DNA of 63,573 nt, the filler included, from Octopus bimaculoides (lineage: Eukaryota), in NCBI RefSeq assembly GCF_001194135.2. It is 5 parts of 5 records of this genome, joined end to end, with 100 filler letters (N's around TTAATTAATTAA, not from the genome) between each part and the next. Parts side by side here need not be neighbours in the genome. Positions count along the whole stretch, not along the records: positions 59,326 to 61,893 come from NW_026421735.1; positions 61,994 to 63,573 come from NC_069003.1; 3 more parts are not named here. The stretch is one strand, 5' to 3'. Below the pieces are notes generated by a model. That model was not told the origin of the DNA, ran no database searches, and was given only the letters and a program-made list of their open reading frames with translations. A program made the position numbers and the translations under genes. Numbering within the stretch: the first letter of the stretch is position 1; each line of letters begins with the position of its first letter. Positions 61,548 through 63,573 of this stretch are shown one piece after another.

Positions 61548-61893
61548 GGTCGGGTGATGAAAGTCACAGAGAGGGTCATAGCCCAACTAATTAAGGGGAG
61601 AGTTAGTTTAGACAAGATGCAGTTTGGGTTTGTACCAGAGAGAAGCACCACTGACGTTATATTTTTGGTAAGACAGTTGCGGGGAATAAAAATCTGTACC
61701 TAGCTAAAGATAAACCTCTGTACTTGGCCTTCATTGACATAAACAAAGCCTTTGATAAAGTCCCCCAATCCCTTATCTGGTGGTGAATGCAGAAACTAGG
61801 GATAAATGAGTGGTTTGTGAGAGCTGTTCAAGCCATTTACAGAGATGCTGTCACTAAGTTGAGGGTTCACAACAAGTATAGTGAAAAATTCCA
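61548..61893 (+). mobile_element. RTE LINE RT fragment
   Basis: gtgatgaaagtcacagagagggtcatagcccaactaatt...gcaccactgacg...aaagcctttga is homologous to 18900-19210. It ends at a gap. Confidence 0.88.
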
Positions 61894-61999
61894 NNNNNNN
61901 NNNNNNNNNNNNNNNNNNNNNNNNNNNNNNNNNNNNNTTAATTAATTAANNNNNNNNNNNNNNNNNNNNNNNNNNNNNNNNNNNNNNNNNNNNGACAGG

Positions 62000-62265
62000 G
62001 GATGGTGGCGAACCCTGCTGTACTCTTTCACCACAACTTTCTCTCACTCTTACTTCCTGTTTCTGTTGTACCTGTAATTCAAAGGTTCAGCCTTGTCACA
62101 CTGTGTCACGCTGAATATCCCCCGAGAACTACGTTAAGGGTACGACGTGTCAGTGGAGTGCTCAGCCACTTGCACGTTAATTTCACGAGCAGGCTGTTCC
62201 GTTGATCGGATCAACTGGAACCCTCGACGTCGTAAGCGACGGAGTGCCAACAAGACCTTACCGAG
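62000..62265. repeat. Probable dispersed repeat of unknown class
   Basis: A GC- and CpG-richer non-coding block with no recognisable ORF. The style resembles SINE or UTR repeats, but there is no second copy in the window. Confidence 0.3.
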
Positions 62266-62599
62266 ATCGTAAGCCATGTCAAACAGGCCAATTCTGGACT
62301 GCATGCAGAGTTGTTCGGGGACAATGGAAGGGACACTTTCATTTATATTCATTCTTATTATCTGAAAGTAATCTGAGATCTGAAGACTTGACATCTAAAG
62401 GATGTTTACACTTGGGAGTACTTAAATAGGCAAATCTTGGCGGAACTTTCGAGATTGGCTGGCTTCGTTTTACTAATTGGACTGCAGAGACAATAGAAGC
62501 GTGCATTTTTATTAACTGTGACAAACGTCGTTAGCAACAGCTTCTAAACACACACACAAATATACGTATGCGTATATATACAACTATGCATTTGCACAC

Positions 62600-62662
<63 letters not shown>

Positions 62663-62674
62663 TACACACAAAAA

Positions 62675-62710
<36 letters not shown>

Positions 62711-63419
62711 GAACACATACATGTATACACACATATTCACAGGTCCTAATATTACACATGCCCACATACCCCAAAACATACGCACACTAAATACATACAT
62801 TCATGCACAAATATATACACGCGCGCGCGTACACACACGCACACACACCCACACACTATAGATTTCATCTGTCTGCTGTTGGCTTTTTCTACCCGTCCGT
62901 CTACCCGTCTGATTTAGCTGTCAGTCTGTCTATCAATCTAATTATAAAAAAAAAATACAAAACAAAACTCACAAAAATACACAGAAACAAAGAGGAAGTA
63001 ACTCTAATGGGTCAATGACATGAACATAAGGATAAACTCGTTAGTCTATCTGCCAGTCTGCCTGTGTCATATCTTTTTGACAGACCAGCTAAGAAGAAAT
63101 AACGGTATGAATGTAAGACAACTTACTAGTCTATCATTCTATTTAGCCGTCTGTTTGTCTTATATATATATTTGAGAGTCTAACAAATAATAAGGTTTGT
63201 TCCTTTGCTTTCTTCCATTAAAGAACGCCGCTTTTATTTTATCATCAACCGTTGTCTGCCGCCATGTGCAAATATGTCTACCGATGTCTCGTACGGTCAG
63301 TCAATGAATCAATCTGTCAGACTGTTCGTCTGATTGCCAGTCTGTCTACCTGTGTATGTCTTGTTCGGTGTCGCCCTGCCTATCTGTCAGCCTGCCTGCC
63401 TGCCCGCCAGTCTGTCTGT

Positions 63420-63560
63420 CTCTCTCTCTTTCTCACTTTCCACATAGCTCCGAGTTCAGTTCCACTGCGTGGTACCTTGTGCAAGTGTCTTCTACTATAG
63501 CCACGGGCCGACCAAAGCCTTGTGAGTGGATTTGGTAGACGGAAACTGAAAGAAGTCGTA
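63420..63560 (+). mobile_element. Family A SINE head
   Basis: gagttcagttccactgcgtggtaccttgtgcaagtgtcttctactatagcc...ccaaagccttgtgagtggatttggtagacggaaactgaaagaag is the reverse complement of 11810-11915. Confidence 0.85.
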
Positions 63561-63573
63561 TATATATATATAT

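Overview
This is eukaryotic, AT-rich, repeat-dominated draft genomic DNA with many N gaps and abundant (TA)n, (CA)n, (TATG)n and (TAA)n microsatellites. The repeat repertoire resembles a cephalopod (Octopus-like) genome, but that assignment is inferred from pattern recognition, not from a search. I found no intact multi-exon gene, rRNA, tRNA gene or CRISPR array. The window is a mosaic of transposon remnants: five RTE-clade LINE copies, many Dong/R4-like LINE fragments with restriction-like endonuclease (RLE), Penelope-like elements (PLEs) with GIY-YIG domains, a Ty3/Gypsy pol remnant, mariner, Tc1 and hAT remnants, several SINE families, and two Merlin (IS1595-like) DNA transposons. Five observations stand out. 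(1) Three copies of a minimal type I hammerhead ribozyme motif lie in PLE terminal repeats (16440-16487, 16761-16808, 33961-34008), with a fourth, decayed one at 18443-18503. (2) A bounded Merlin element at 12548-14739 has long TIRs and a perfect 8-bp TSD (GTCAATGT), and a TTAGGG-like array lies next to it. (3) Dong/R4 LINE ends and a ~500-bp non-coding element sit repeatedly inside (TAA)n tracts, suggesting microsatellite targeting. (4) One probable host exon at 61024-61203 encodes the C-terminal half of a PARP14/PARP9-like macrodomain. (5) Several fold-back inverted repeats are present. Boundaries of degenerate elements are approximate, and all family calls come from motif recognition without database searches.
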